Shown piece after piece: positions 50,441 to 63,390 of a DNA stretch of 64,000 nucleotides. The DNA lies in assembly GCF_018977255.1 (NCBI RefSeq), contig NW_024704742.1, forward strand, positions 134,852,001-134,916,000. The letters run 5' to 3'. How positions within the stretch are numbered: position 1 is the first letter of the stretch; every line of letters begins with the position of its first letter. The stretch is from Callorhinchus milii (Eukaryota). A program made the position numbers and the translations under genes. The notes under the pieces are model-generated. The model saw only the letters and a program-made list of their open reading frames with translations, was not told where the DNA came from and made no database searches.

Positions 50441-51849
50441 ATGTGCATCAGACCAAAACCACACATTGCACCTAAAGCATCTCTGTGGAAAGTGACAAGA
50501 CAATCAAACAAAAGACACCATTACTATCCTACCATGAAAGCGACAAATTTCAAACACACACCATCACATATGTCCAAGTCTTTCCACTTTGCCACAAAAA
50601 AATCTGCTCAAATAAATCCTGTTGAAAAGAATCAAAAGAAAACAAACACCTCTTCAGTAAACATGTACATTTTGGTCAGGAACGAGAGGTGAAATAGGAC
50701 ATTTTGTTTTAAAAGTACAAAGCAAAAAATCACCAGCAATGTTCCCCTATTGTGGACTTTCTTTACTCATCGCCTTTTATACGTGAAATGCAGAGAGGTT
50801 ACCTTATAAAACCAGCCACGTTATTTGCATTACATACAAGGTTCATGGATTGAGTGTCCGTCAGTGTTTATTCTGTGAAAATTTCCCTGCAACCGAGTTT
50901 ACATGATTAAAAAGGTATTGTCCTGGTCTATGTGTTGAGGTACCCTCTCCTTGACACAATTAGATATTTTGCTTGGGGAATGGGTGGTTGCTTGTTCTGA
51001 AAGGATGTCTTATCAAGACAGTGAAGCCAGTGGTGGTCTCCGTCTAATCAGTTGGGGGTGCCTGGCTGTCATTCTGGATTCTACAACCACATAATTTGGA
51101 TGAAAAGCAAGGCACCAGCCATCAAAAATGTACAACCGGCTCTCCACCTCCTATCACTTATCCTATCCTCTTTCTTCCCTCCGCCTCTCTCTCTCTTCCA
51201 TCTTTTCCCCCGCTTTCTGTCCCCACTCTCTTCTCCCCCCTTCTCTCTCCCTGACCAACCCCGTCCCCACATCCCACAAACAGCCATGAAGCAAACAATC
51301 GATTTTATTGGAAGAACTGAATTTGACGATTTGCCAAATTCAGAATGCTCTGTAATGCACCACCACAAACAGAGTAAGTGTGGACCCGGGTGAAATTTCT
51401 CACCAACTATTTCTGGGAAACAGGGATGACTGAGGAAAAGGAGGAATGTGACTGAAGAAGAGAGAAACGTCAACAGACAGCTAACCAAAAGAATGAATTA
51501 AATCCGGAGCAAATTTCTCCTTTGTCGGAAATGTAACCTTCTCGTTGCTTTCCAGTGAATCGCTGACAAATGAATGGTTTGTTAATTGCACACAAGGTTA
51601 ATTCCACCTCCACCCACTCTTATCCCTTTATGTAACAATCAGTTCAGCTATAAATTCCTGTCAAGTGAATATACAGGAGTTTTGCCCAGGTCACTGTCTG
51701 ACTTTATCTTAGTTAAATTGCACCACACTTGCAATTTGCACTAGAAAAAAAACATGATTGAAGTTTAATATAACGTTATAACATAGCTTTTTCCCCCACT
51801 TTTTTAAAATTGGATTTTACAACATTTGAGATATTGGTTATAAAAGCAT

Positions 51850-52093
51850 AATAATCCATTCATTTGTTACAGCGCCTTATCACATCGTCGAGACGCCTCA
51901 AATCTTTTTTGGAAGGGATTATTACCCCCACAAAAGCGATCTGCCAATTGACTAAAACTAGGTTCCTACTTACTGCTAGGTAAACAGAGGCGTGTGGAGT
52001 AAGGAAATGTGCCTAAGATTTTGCACTACTCGGGACTCGAACCGGGTCCTCACTTGGAATCGAGCATCTAACCAGTACACCACAGGACTCCAC
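51850..52093 (-). mobile_element. Family A SINE with an internal deletion
   Basis: The tail is joined directly to the long-form 5' half. Confidence 0.8.
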
Positions 52094-54140
52094 AATGCAA
52101 ATGCAGTGCTTGTTGGCTTTCCTAGTCTGCATAATATCAACGCAAAACCAGACTGAAGACCATTCAAACTGTGTTTTCTAATCAGGAGGGGAATTATTAA
52201 AATAAATACATTTGAACCCCCTTCCTTTCCTCCTCCATCCCTCCCCCCCCCACACCCACATACACTACTCCCTGCTTTGTCTACTCAATTTGTAGATTGA
52301 AGGTAAAATCTACACGAGGATGAGCTCCCACTATCTTTGGGAACACAGGTTTACTCATGAGAAATATCTATTTCTATAGCTTCCCCCCGTGACCATATAG
52401 CAGCTGTTGTGAAGACGATGTACCAAGAACGAAAGGACTGTGTTGGTAAATTCTATGTTAATCTTCTTCCTTCTTTCTTTAGGTCTTAGGTAATGTTTAG
52501 CTGGTTAAAACTGCAGTTGTAACCCTTAGCAACACACAAGCCAACCTGCTCTCACAAACCTGTGCCTCTGACATTCCTGGGATTAAGTGAGCGCTGTGCG
52601 TCCCTCCGGATGCAATTCCAGATGAAGGGAGATTTCCATGCATACGTGGATATTAATAATTATTATTATCTCTCAGTAGTGCGGTTGAGATACTCTTAGG
52701 TGTGGTGTGGACATCTGGGTGACATCTTCCCCATCACAAAAACAATCCTTTAGAGAACATTTTTTAACACATCTCAACGATAAGGAGCTATGTCAAATGC
52801 AAGGATTATTATTATTATAAAATGCACATATTTACTGATGGAAGCAAACTGGGGCAACTAATCTCATGGGATCCATGGAAGAGAGCGGCTCAATTTTGCA
52901 CAATACTGACCTTTAATTGACTGGGAAGAGAAGTCTGGTATTCTGCGGTGTGTGACACAACCTGAGTCCAGTCACTTTCTCTCTCTCTCTCTCTTCCCCC
53001 CACCCCAAAAAACAGATAATGGGGTAATTTAGCAAATACATTCAATATTTATTTCATCTAATATATCTGGAAATGCATAAATGCTTTCTAATGCCAGATA
53101 GTGAGATGCCAGCTTGATTTTGTTTAGCTACGTCTTTAAACTGGGAAATCTATCATAAAGTGCAGAACGAAAGGTTTCCTGGAATCTGGACCACAATGTC
53201 ACACTGCACGCCAACCGGATGATTCAGCTGGGATTTGGTTGTGAAGTGATTGATAAATGGCCTCTTTGAGGCAGATTCCAGTTAAGGACTGAATGATTCG
53301 TGCTGGTTCATGGTGTCTGTTGAAGGCTCATAAGAATAATAAAAATAATAAACCCTGGTTTCAATATAGCGCCTTTCGAGGCGAGAGGACATCCCAAAGC
53401 ACTTCACAGGATATACCATAAAGTTGTAATGACTTTGTTTTGTAGGTGAACATAGCAGCTAATTTGTGCACGGCAATTCCCCACAAACAGCCGTGAAGTG
53501 AATGACCAATTGTATTTGGGGAGATGGTTGGTCAGGACACCGAGAGTTACCCCAGCTTGTTTCATATCAGACTCCCCTCCGCCAACAGGGAAGACCTTCC
53601 ATGGTCTCCCAAGCCTGGATTCCAGAGATGAAAGGTTAACGTTGCTTAACGTTAACTTAACTTAACTTAATGTTGGTTAAGGTTGCCATTGAGCCTCTCT
53701 CTCCAGCTACACCTGCTCTTAGGGGAGGTCACCAGCAAATCGCACAAGTGTCTATCTTCTCACCTTATGTGCCTCCGCTATAACCCACTACAGATAAAAC
53801 GCGCCTAATGCATGCAACTGCGGTTCGTGCAAACAACTGCGACTTTTATGATGTATAATCTACATTACAACAAAGGGCAGGAGTGCTGCGGGAACACCAC
53901 GGGAAAGGCAGAATCTCGGGAGGGAAGGGGAGGGAAGAAGTTCGGCGGCGACTTAAATAAAAAAAGAACCAGAGATCATTGAATATTTAGTGATCATTCA
54001 GCAAATACAATACTGGTTTCCCATCTCTGCAAAGTAAAGCCCACAGAAAGCTGACATCGCAAACGGGGGAGAGACATCCTTGAAAGTAAAAGAGACTTAA
54101 TGTAAACATTTAACAGGCATTCGTTCCTATATCGGCTTGT

Positions 54141-54146
54141 TTTATT
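54141..54146 (-). promoter_or_regulatory. Candidate proximal polyadenylation signal AATAAA for WDR7
   Basis: tttatt on the plus strand, 17 nt downstream of the stop codon. Usage is unproven and a longer UTR is possible. Confidence 0.3.
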
Positions 54147-54163
54147 CGGTGGAGGGGAGGCTT

Positions 54164-54466
<303 letters not shown>

Positions 54467-54539
54467 TTAAGTTAGAATAATCTTCGCGTTCGATACGCGT
54501 CTCACGTCTGGAGGATGTCTCAAAGCGCTTTACGGGACT

Positions 54540-55700
54540 GTTTTACCAGGATTGTCACCATTACCGACAAGGCCGTCTCCGATCACCACTTCATCGCCTT
54601 CACCACCTCCACCCTCCTTCCCACCTCCACCAGACCCACCACCATCTTCTACCGCCCCTGGAAGAAGTTACGCCCACAATCCGTAACCGCTGCCTTGGAG
54701 TCCTCTGTACTCCTCTTCCTCTGGCCTTCAACCCTCACTGACCCCTCTTCTGCTCTCACCCTCCTCCACAACACCCTCTCCTCCACACTCGACACTCTTG
54801 CTCCCATCACCTCCCGTCTCTTATTCTCGCTTCTCCCCCTGGTTCACCACCCACCTCCGCTCACTGAAGAGCCAGGTGCGGGCCGCTGAACGCACCTGCC
54901 TCAAATCTGGCCTAACGGTCCAACGACAAATCTGTCTGGACCTCCTCAAAATCTACCGCTCCACTCTAGCCTCGGCCAAGTCGTCCTTCTACTCCAGGAT
55001 AATCCTGGAGGCGAAGAACAACCCCAGGCTTCTGTTCTCTACCACATCCCGACTCCTCCGTCCCCCCGCCACCCCGCGCAGGTCATCTCCTCCAACCTTC
55101 ACTGCGAGGAGATGCTGGATTTCCTTAAATCAAAAATCAAGGGAATCCGCTCCGCGGTCACTCCCCCTCCAACTTCCATCCACCCCCCCACCCCTTCCCT
55201 CTTACACTCTGACTCCTACCCATCCTCCCCTACACACCTTCGAACCCGTTTCCCCACCCTCTGTCACCAACCTCATCCTGTCCTTGAAACCCACCACCTG
55301 CTCCCTTGACCCCATCCCCACTCCACTCCTTACCTCTCAGCTACACCTCCTTGCCCCACTTCTCATAGACATCATCAACCTGTCCCTCTCCTCTGGCTCT
55401 GTTCCCATTGCCTTAAAAACTGCCACCATCACTCCCACTTTGAAAAAACCCTCCCTTGATGCGTCGCAGCTATCAAGCTTCCAGCCCATCTCCAACCTCC
55501 CATTCCTGTCCAAGGTCCTTGAAGGAGTTGTCACCTCCCAGCTGCGCTCTTTCCTCTTCATCCATGCATTATTCGAACCCCTTCAGTCGGGTTTCCGTGC
55601 TGCCCATAGCACAGAAACCGCCTTGGTCAAGGTCACTAATGACATCTTGACCATCTGTGACCAGGGCTCCCTCTGCCTCCTCGACCTATCGGCCACATTC
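54540..55700 (+). mobile_element. L2 ORF2 internal fragment (end of endonuclease, linker, start of RT), frameshifted
   Basis: SDHHFI; SPWFT..LR.LK...RAAER; LKPTTCSLDPIPT; PISNLPFLSKVLE; QSGFRAAHSTETALVKVTNDIL; LLDLSA. Confidence 0.93.
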
Positions 55701-55975
55701 GAGAAAGGTCTTGAGACCGGCCTTGAAGGAGGAAAGGGAGGAAGCAAGGCAAAGGTACTGGGGAATAGAGTTCCAGAGCCTAGGGGCTGAGAGGCTGAAG
55801 GCCTGGCCACCGATGGTAGGGCGGTTGGGGCGGGGGATGTGGAGCAGACTGGAGCCAGAGGGACGGAGGGTACGGGCAGGTAAGTAGGGGGATAGTAGGT
55901 CGGAGAGGTAGGAGGGAGCAAGGCCATGAATGGCCTTGTAGGTGAGGATGAGGATCTTGAATTTGATCTTGAATT
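55700..55975 (-). mobile_element. L2 3' ORF2 fragment in inverted orientation
   Basis: Highly similar to 63666-63930. Confidence 0.88.
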
Positions 55976-57524
55976 GAGAAGGGTGCGAAGAAATGGTGTG
56001 GGGTTTGGGGAAGAGAAGTGGGTTTCAGGATATCTACCAGCTTTTGCACGTTCAAAGAAATGAACATTTAGGAAGTGTTGAAGGAACCACAGAGAAGGTC
56101 AGATAAAATAATTAAGGAAAATTGCGGCATCAAATACATAGGATGCGCCCATTTTGGAAATAATCAGTTCAAGCACAGTGCACGGTGCACGATGGAGCCT
56201 GTGGCAGAGCTGGGCATCTCGTCCTGCCTCCCAGGCCGACACCCCAGAGACGCAAACACTTCAGTTCAGTTCTCGTGCGTCCTCCAGAACTAAAATCGTC
56301 AAGAGTTATTGCATTCTTTTCTTGGGCCGGATTTAAATTCAGGTTTCCAGTGGTGGAAATGGAGAGTGTGCTGAGGGGGGTGGAAGGAGGGAGGGAGTGG
56401 GGGGGAATCAGGTTTAAGTCAGACATATCCTTGGAATTATGGCAACGTCTTCAAATGACGTGAAAATGAAAAATGTCACTGACATTTTGGGAATTGTGTT
56501 AATTCATGTTGAGTAATCGGCCAGGGAAGATGACTAATGTTACTGATTGTCTTGCATTAATAACAGTGCAGATTTCTAGCTTGAGGTCACATTTCAGAGC
56601 ACATGATCTCCTGTATCTAGAGACTGCTCCCTTCATAAATCCGTCTAGAGATTAATATACAGCACGATTTCAGGAGGGCAACAGGCTGATTAGGCTCTGA
56701 TAGTTGTGACAAAAGAACAAAGGATCGAATTTCTCCCCGACTCAAACCATGACTTATGAATTTCCATGTCAATTTGGAGACTGTTCCTTCATGTTTCAGT
56801 TTTCCTTTAAATCATTAACCGCATTAAGATTTAGCAGCTTTCTAAGTGCATGAAAGAACCTGCATGTGCTTATTAAGCCTTGCATTTGACACAGTCCCTA
56901 TCAAGTCAGAACACCTCAAAGTGCTTTACATTAAGTTCTATTCACACCACCACCAACAAATTGCATTTATATAGCGTCTTTCATGTAGGGGTTGAATAGT
57001 GAAGGGTTTGCACCAAGAGGGGTTCAGAGAAAATGGGGTGTGGAGGTGGGAAGATGACCGAAGGCAGGGTTGAAGAGGAAGGTCTTGAAATGGACCTTGA
57101 AGGAGACCCGGGAGGGGGCGAGGCAAAGGGATTCTGGGATGGAGTGATGGTCTCAGTCTGGAATACAGATGCTTCGGGAGATCACAATAACAATAATTTC
57201 CACCTTGATCTTCAGGCACAGAGCAAAATCTGGAAGAACTATTATTATACTGTCAGCCTGGCTAATTTGGTAGCACTCTCACCTCAGAGTTAGATTGTAA
57301 GTTCAAGCCTCACTTCAGGACTTTGTGCTTCCTTCCTCTACCCCTTCTATGTCCCACCCACTTAGGCTCCCACTCCTTCTCTGCAAATCACTTTGGAAGG
57401 CCCAGTGTGGTTAAAAAATGTTCAACATACGCTGGTTCAATTGAAAGCAATGAGCACAAATGATCAGGTTTCTCTTTGAAGATTGCACTGTAAATCATGC
57501 GTCCCTGGTTTAACTTTGAAGACA

Positions 57525-57900
57525 ACAAGAAGTTACATTTGCATATTGCCTTTCACATCAGGAGGACGTCCACTGGAGAATCAGGGATAGACCTGAGCTT
57601 GAGGTTGGTATCAGGAGGGGTGGAGGGCGGGGAGGGTAGGGGTAGGAGGCTGACTGAAGGAATGGGTGGAGAGGAGGGTCTTGAGATGTACTTTGAAGGA
57701 GGCATGGGAGGAACCGAGGTGAAGTTACTGTGGATGCATTTCCAGAGTGTGGGGGCAGAGGGGCTAAAGGCTCGACTGCCGAAGGTGGGGCGGGCCGAAG
57801 GTGGGGCAGGCCAGGTGGGGGACGTGGAGCAGGCCAGAGCCTGCTCAGAGGAGGGAGTGGACAGGTTGATATGGAGTTAACATGTCACAGAGGTAGAGAG
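57525..57900 (-). mobile_element. L2 3' end
   Basis: Tail and C-terminal ORF2 motifs. Confidence 0.82.
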
Positions 57901-57934
57901 TTAATAGGTCGCAGAGGTAGCCTGGATGTCATGA

Positions 57935-58200
57935 AACAAAATTATATTTGTAGAGCGCCTTTCACATCGGGAGGACGTCCCAAGGGGGAGCGTATAGATA
58001 TTGAAAAGGAGAGGGCCAAGGACAGAGCCCTGAGGGACGCCACACGTGACGGTGCGGGGGCTGGTGGAGAAGTCGTTAGTGACGGCAAAATGGAGACGGC
58101 AGAAGGTTGAGCTGAGAGGAGAGGAGGACAGAATGGTCGACAGTGTCGAAGGCAAGCAGAGAGGTCGAGGAGGACAAGGAGACAGAGAGAGCCCTGGCGA
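57935..58200 (-). mobile_element. Internally deleted L2 (RT core fused to 3' tail)
   Basis: AFDTVDH and VTCGVPQGSVLGPLLFNIYTLPLG run directly into ttgggacgtcctcccgatgtgaaaggcgct. Confidence 0.88.
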
Positions 58201-58232
58201 GGACGAAGACTAATTCTCCCCCTTCATGCCTA

Positions 58233-58430
<198 letters not shown>

Positions 58431-58449
58431 CTATAGGGGAGGAAACTGC

Positions 58450-58840
58450 AATATTCCTAGCATAGTGGCTAGCGCGCTCGCCTCGCACGCGAGAGAACCC
58501 GAGTTCGATTCCCGGCAGGACAAACCCTTAGTCAAGTTTCCTTACTCCACACACCTCTGTTTACCTAGCAATAAGTAGAAACCCGGTTGTTAAAAATACA
58601 CAGTCAATTCACTTTACAGTATATTCTGTGAAATGCTTTGCAACGTCTGAGTGACGTTACTTGGGGAGGACAAGTTTGCAGGGCTATGGTGAGAGAGCGG
58701 GGGAATGGGATTGATTTGGATAGCTCTTTTCAAAGAGCCAGCACAGACATGATGAGCCGATTGGCCTCCTTCTGTACTGTATAATTCTATGATTCTATGA
58801 CATGATAAGGCGCTATATCCAATGCAAGGATAATTATAAT
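58450..58840 (+). mobile_element. Family A SINE containing a CR1 3' end (about 58658-58800)
   Basis: The SINE tail is split by a CR1 tail ending attctatgattctatga. Confidence 0.85.
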
Positions 58841-59414
58841 ATGTTTAGAAATTCCCTTACTTCTCCCCTGAATTCTAAACAGTGGTAACGCCCAAAGCCG
58901 CTTTTGTGTAACATGGCACAGAAATACATTGACTGCTTTATAGATTTATGTAAAAACACAGGCCCTTTTCAAATAGCAAGTTTTGATGTGTTTCAAGAGA
59001 ATTACTGCATAATCAAAATGTGACATAATGTCAATTAGTCCACTGAGACACGCACTACATATTGGAAACAGAGCGTGAACCTATTTCATATTGCAGGGTT
59101 CAGTGAGGATTGCAAGAGTTTCTAAGGTGATACACTGGACAATAAATTTAAAATATAACTCCCTGTATCTTACATTCAGTGACAGAATGGTGCAGCGTGG
59201 AAACAGGCCATTTGGCCCAACTAGTCTGTCCTGGTGTTTATGCTCTACACACAATGGCTTCAATGCAGCGGCACCAACAAGCACAGTAATAAAAGTAAAC
59301 CATTGCCCACTGGATCACACATTTCTACGGTTATATTCCAAAGTCAAAATGAATCAAGGGCAGAAATATCAGGGACAAGCCTTCCCATTCCGTTTGAATC
59401 TCCACTGTTATTCC

Positions 59415-59815
59415 ATTAGCTTGGCTCGGTTGGTTGTACTCTCGCCTCTGGGTCAGAAGGTTGTGGGTTTATGCACCACAGTCGGGGCTTGAGTTCACCG
59501 TCTAGGCTGACAATATCACTGGGGGAGGTTTGGCATTGTCAGAGGAGCCATCCTCTGGATGAGACTGAGATCCTGTCAGCCTTTGATGGGCATTACATTA
59601 TTCAAACATCGAGAAGAGTTTTTGCTCAGTGTCCTGGCCATCAATATTGCAAATAACCCGATTATTTGCTTCATGGCAGTGTGTGGAACTTTGCTGTGTG
59701 CAAAAGGGGCTGTGGTGATTAAGCAGTCACTACACTTCACAAGCAAGTCAGTGTGAAGCACTTTGAGATGTTTGACCGTTAAAAAGACTACATTAAATGC
59801 AAGGATTATTATTAA
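59415..59815 (+). mobile_element. Deu-domain SINE (family B)
   Basis: Head, Deu core and tail. Confidence 0.78.
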
Positions 59816-60577
59816 TCTTTTAGTTACTACTGAAAGCTTAATTCCTGGTCTCTTGGGCTGCCTCAGACAGACGCATAAATGTTATCCTTTAAATAAATCC
59901 TTGTGTAAAAAAGACATACAGACACACAATGTTGCAGAAATACAATGGATAATTCAGTATTGGATTTCACCCAAACGCCACAGAGACGCTGTTGCTTTAA
60001 ATGGCTGGAGCTCGAAAGGCTTTTTTCCCGCCCCTCTAAATCATGATCGCTGTTAGTGCAAAGTGAATCCTCTTCGCTGTTGATTTCGGAGCTTCACAAT
60101 GCATCACAGCATCAAAATGAGCTCTGGGCTTTCTGATGTCTGGCAAATGCTTTAAGCATGAACTGACCTTGAGCAGCAGTGTATGAAAATACATTTATCA
60201 CCAAAACTGCATGCTGTCTGTCAGTCAATATCGGTCTCTTATTTGTAAAGGGTGCCCCTGCTGAGATTCCCTCACAGTAGCTCGTTTGCACTTCCTGCAC
60301 CCATGACAGGCCACAAACCTGTTTTCCTCTCTCTCCGCGCCAGATTCATTGGCGAAAAATTAAAGTGACAGGTGTAGCCAGTCAAGTACAGTGAAACCTG
60401 TCAGCATCAGCCCACCCACCGCTCCCATCAAAAAACCGACAGTGTGAAATCACCCCAGAACTGTCCCCCTCCCCCCAACCCAACTGTCTATCGTCTCTTT
60501 TCGTCCCCGTTTTGATCTAAGTTCTGCCTGAGGACCATAAAGGACCCTTCCTCCTCATCCAAATCTCTCCCAATTCA

Positions 60578-60956
60578 AATAATAATCCTTGCATTTGATA
60601 TAGCGCAGTATTGCAGCATCGAGATGTTTCAAAGAGCTTCAAAGGAGTTACTGTGAGATATAATGATTGTGTATTTTGTAGGAGAGTAAAGGTCCCACAA
60701 CAGCCATCAAGTGAATGACAATTTTTTCTTAGGAGGATTGTTGGCCAGGACACCGGGAGAAACTTCCTTCCCTTTTCAAATAGCGCAAAGGGATCTCTAT
60801 TTTTCACCTGACAGGACCTTGTTTTGACTTTTCACACAAAGAACAATGCACAGCAGTTCAGCTTAGTTTATGAGTTCAAAGTCCTGACATGGAGCTTGAA
60901 CGCCAAACCTTCTGACTCAGAGGTGAGAGTGCTACCAGCTGAGCCAGGCTGACACC
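60578..60956 (-). mobile_element. Deu-domain SINE (family B)
   Basis: Ends ttctgactcagaggtgagagtgctaccagctgagccaggctgacac. Confidence 0.8.
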
Positions 60957-61274
60957 CAATTAATTGGCCACTCAACTCAACTCAGTGCTGTATCTTCACT
61001 GGTGCAGATTAGTCACCAAACTTTGCCAAATAAGTATAACATTCCTGTCATTTCTAATTCTTATTTTGTAAGTGCTTTGCGACGTTGATTTGACGTGAAA
61101 GGTAGTAATAATGTTTTGTTCCATCAGCAGGAAATTTAACTCGGTAGTGACTCTAGCAGTCAGTGGTTTTTAGATCAATCCACTGGCAGGAGACAAAGAA
61201 CTCAGCATTTGTAGCACGCAAAGTCTTTCACGTTCTTGATCTTGCAAATTAAATCGTTGACTTTTATTTCCCTT

Positions 61275-61515
61275 TGAAAACCCTCCATGGCCTTGTTCCT
61301 CCCTATCTCTGCAACCTATTAAAACCTTACCAACCTTCCGCTCGGTGGGCACTAGCCTGCTCCATGTCCCCCACCCTGCCTGCCCCACCGGCCGCATCGG
61401 CGGTCGGGCCTTCAGCCTTTCTGCCCCCACCCTCTGGAACTCCATCCTGGAGTCCCTTCACTTTACCACCTCCGTCGTTTCCTTCAAGGCCCATCTCAAG
61501 GCCTGCATCTTTTAC
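61275..61515 (+). mobile_element. L2 ORF2 C-terminal fragment
   Basis: IGGRAFSLSAPTLWNS...FKAHLK. Confidence 0.85.
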
Positions 61516-61669
61516 CGTAAGATTCAACATCAATTTTAGAACTATTCTGGTGGCTACAGCTCAGTTACTCTTCATAAACCAGCTCAGCTATTGCGTTTTG
61601 TGCGACTTGAAGTTTTGTGTGATTTTGTGAGAGTCTCAAGAGAAAAGCGTGGAAAAAAAAATGGAATTT

Positions 61670-61812
61670 TTCATAGAATAATTCATAGAATTATACAGCA
61701 CGGAAGAAAGCCATTCAGGCCCATCATGTCTGTGCCGGCTCTTTGAAAAGAACTATCCAAATCAATCCCACTCCCCGCTCTCTCCCATAGCCCTGCAAAC
61801 TTATCCTCCCCA
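61670..61812 (-). mobile_element. CR1 3' end
   Basis: Reverse complement of 58660-58800. Confidence 0.82.
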
Positions 61813-62257
61813 GGTTTGAGATTTTGTGGTGTCTGCAATTACCAGCCCTTATCTATACCAGCACCAGGCTATTTTAATTTATATCTGTAAAAAAGAAAAG
61901 CCACAATATTAGACATCTCCATGTTAGAACTTTATGGCCCTGCCTTAATGCTATGACATGCATCACTGCCCATGTCTAAACTCCCAATTTTCCATGATTC
62001 TTCTCCGTGACCTTCTCAAGCATATAGGTTAATATTTATCTCTTGCTTAATTGTTTTGTCCTTTTGATTGACGCCATTGCTTATTTGCATTAATAGATCC
62101 CAGTGTGGACTCATGGGCTATGGTGTCTCACACAGGACTGAGAATATGCTATTTTCCTGAGGGAAAAGTAGAGCAACACAACAGGACTGAACTGATTTTT
62201 TCAATATGTTGTGCTCTTTGTCGACAGACAAGGATAAACATTGCTTCTTTGAGAAGC

Positions 62258-62600
62258 AATAATAATATTCCTTGCGTTTGATATAGCGCCTTATCATGTT
62301 GTTGTGGCGTCTCAAAGCGCTTCACAGAATATACTCTAAAGACGATTGACTGTGTAACTTGTGGGTGAAACGCGACAGCCAATTGCGCACAGCAGTGTCC
62401 CAAAAAACAGCCGTGAGTTGAGTGACCAAATTATTATTTATTTATTGAAGGATTATTACCCCCGGAAAGCAATCCACCAATTGACTAACAACCGGGTTTC
62501 TACTTACTGCTCAGTAAACAGAGGAGTGTGGAGTAAGGAAACTTGCCTAAGGTTTTGCCCTGCCTGGGAATCGAAACCGGGTTCTCTCACGTGCGAGGTG
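62258..62600 (-). mobile_element. Family A SINE
   Basis: Tail, long-form body and most of the head. Confidence 0.86.
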
Positions 62601-63390
62601 ACTGAATTAAACAACACATTATGCCGGCTCTTTGAAAAGAACTATCCAAATCTAAGTGGCTTCCTGCTATGTTGTAAATTTCTATGATATTATGGTTAAG
62701 AAGCGATTTTCACAATTATGAAAACCTTTGAGAGGATAGATAGCGAAAGTTTATTCTTGCTGTTGGTAAATTGGTATAAAGGATTGTTCCGGAAAGATTG
62801 AACAAGAAATTAAAAGGATCCTCTCTTGCAAAGAGTTATTAGTATTTGCAATGCTTTGCTACAAGTAGCTTTTAAGGCTGAGATCATATTTAAAAAATAT
62901 TATGAGTGTCATCAGGTTAACAATGGATAATCATAATCCTTGCATTTGATATAGCTCCTTATCAAGTCATTGAATTGTCTCAAAGCACTTCACAGAATTC
63001 GCCGGAGAGTGGTGTGACTGTGCATTTTGTGGGCGAAACGCTGTAACACAGCAATGTCTGACAAATAGTTATGCAATGAGTAATCAATGTAGCTGGGAAT
63101 TTGCTGCCTAGCACAACAGAAGAAACTCCCTTCTGCTTTCAAAAACAGTAGTGCCATGAGATCTTTAATGTCTACCTGGACAGGCAGATGGTACCTCGGT
63201 TTAACATCTCATGAGTAATAAACTAGAGTTCTCCCAACGGATCAGAGGTTACTGGATGAACAGCTGAGAGCTAAACACACGGGAAAGGTCTTACGTTAAA
63301 TCCCTGGCAATTTTCGAAGTCGAAGGCAACTCGAAAAGATGCCTTTTTTAAGCTTCTTAGGAACATACGATAAGGAGTAGACAATTCAGT

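Noticed and set aside
1..54000. ST8SIA3 or other downstream neighbour exons
   Set aside because: I saw no sialyltransferase motifs or other recognisable peptide, though small exons could be missed without tBLASTn.
54798..55790. 330-aa ORF, the longest in the window
   Set aside because: It is a decayed L2 ORF2 with compensating frameshifts that reads into an inverted L2, not a host gene or intact RT.
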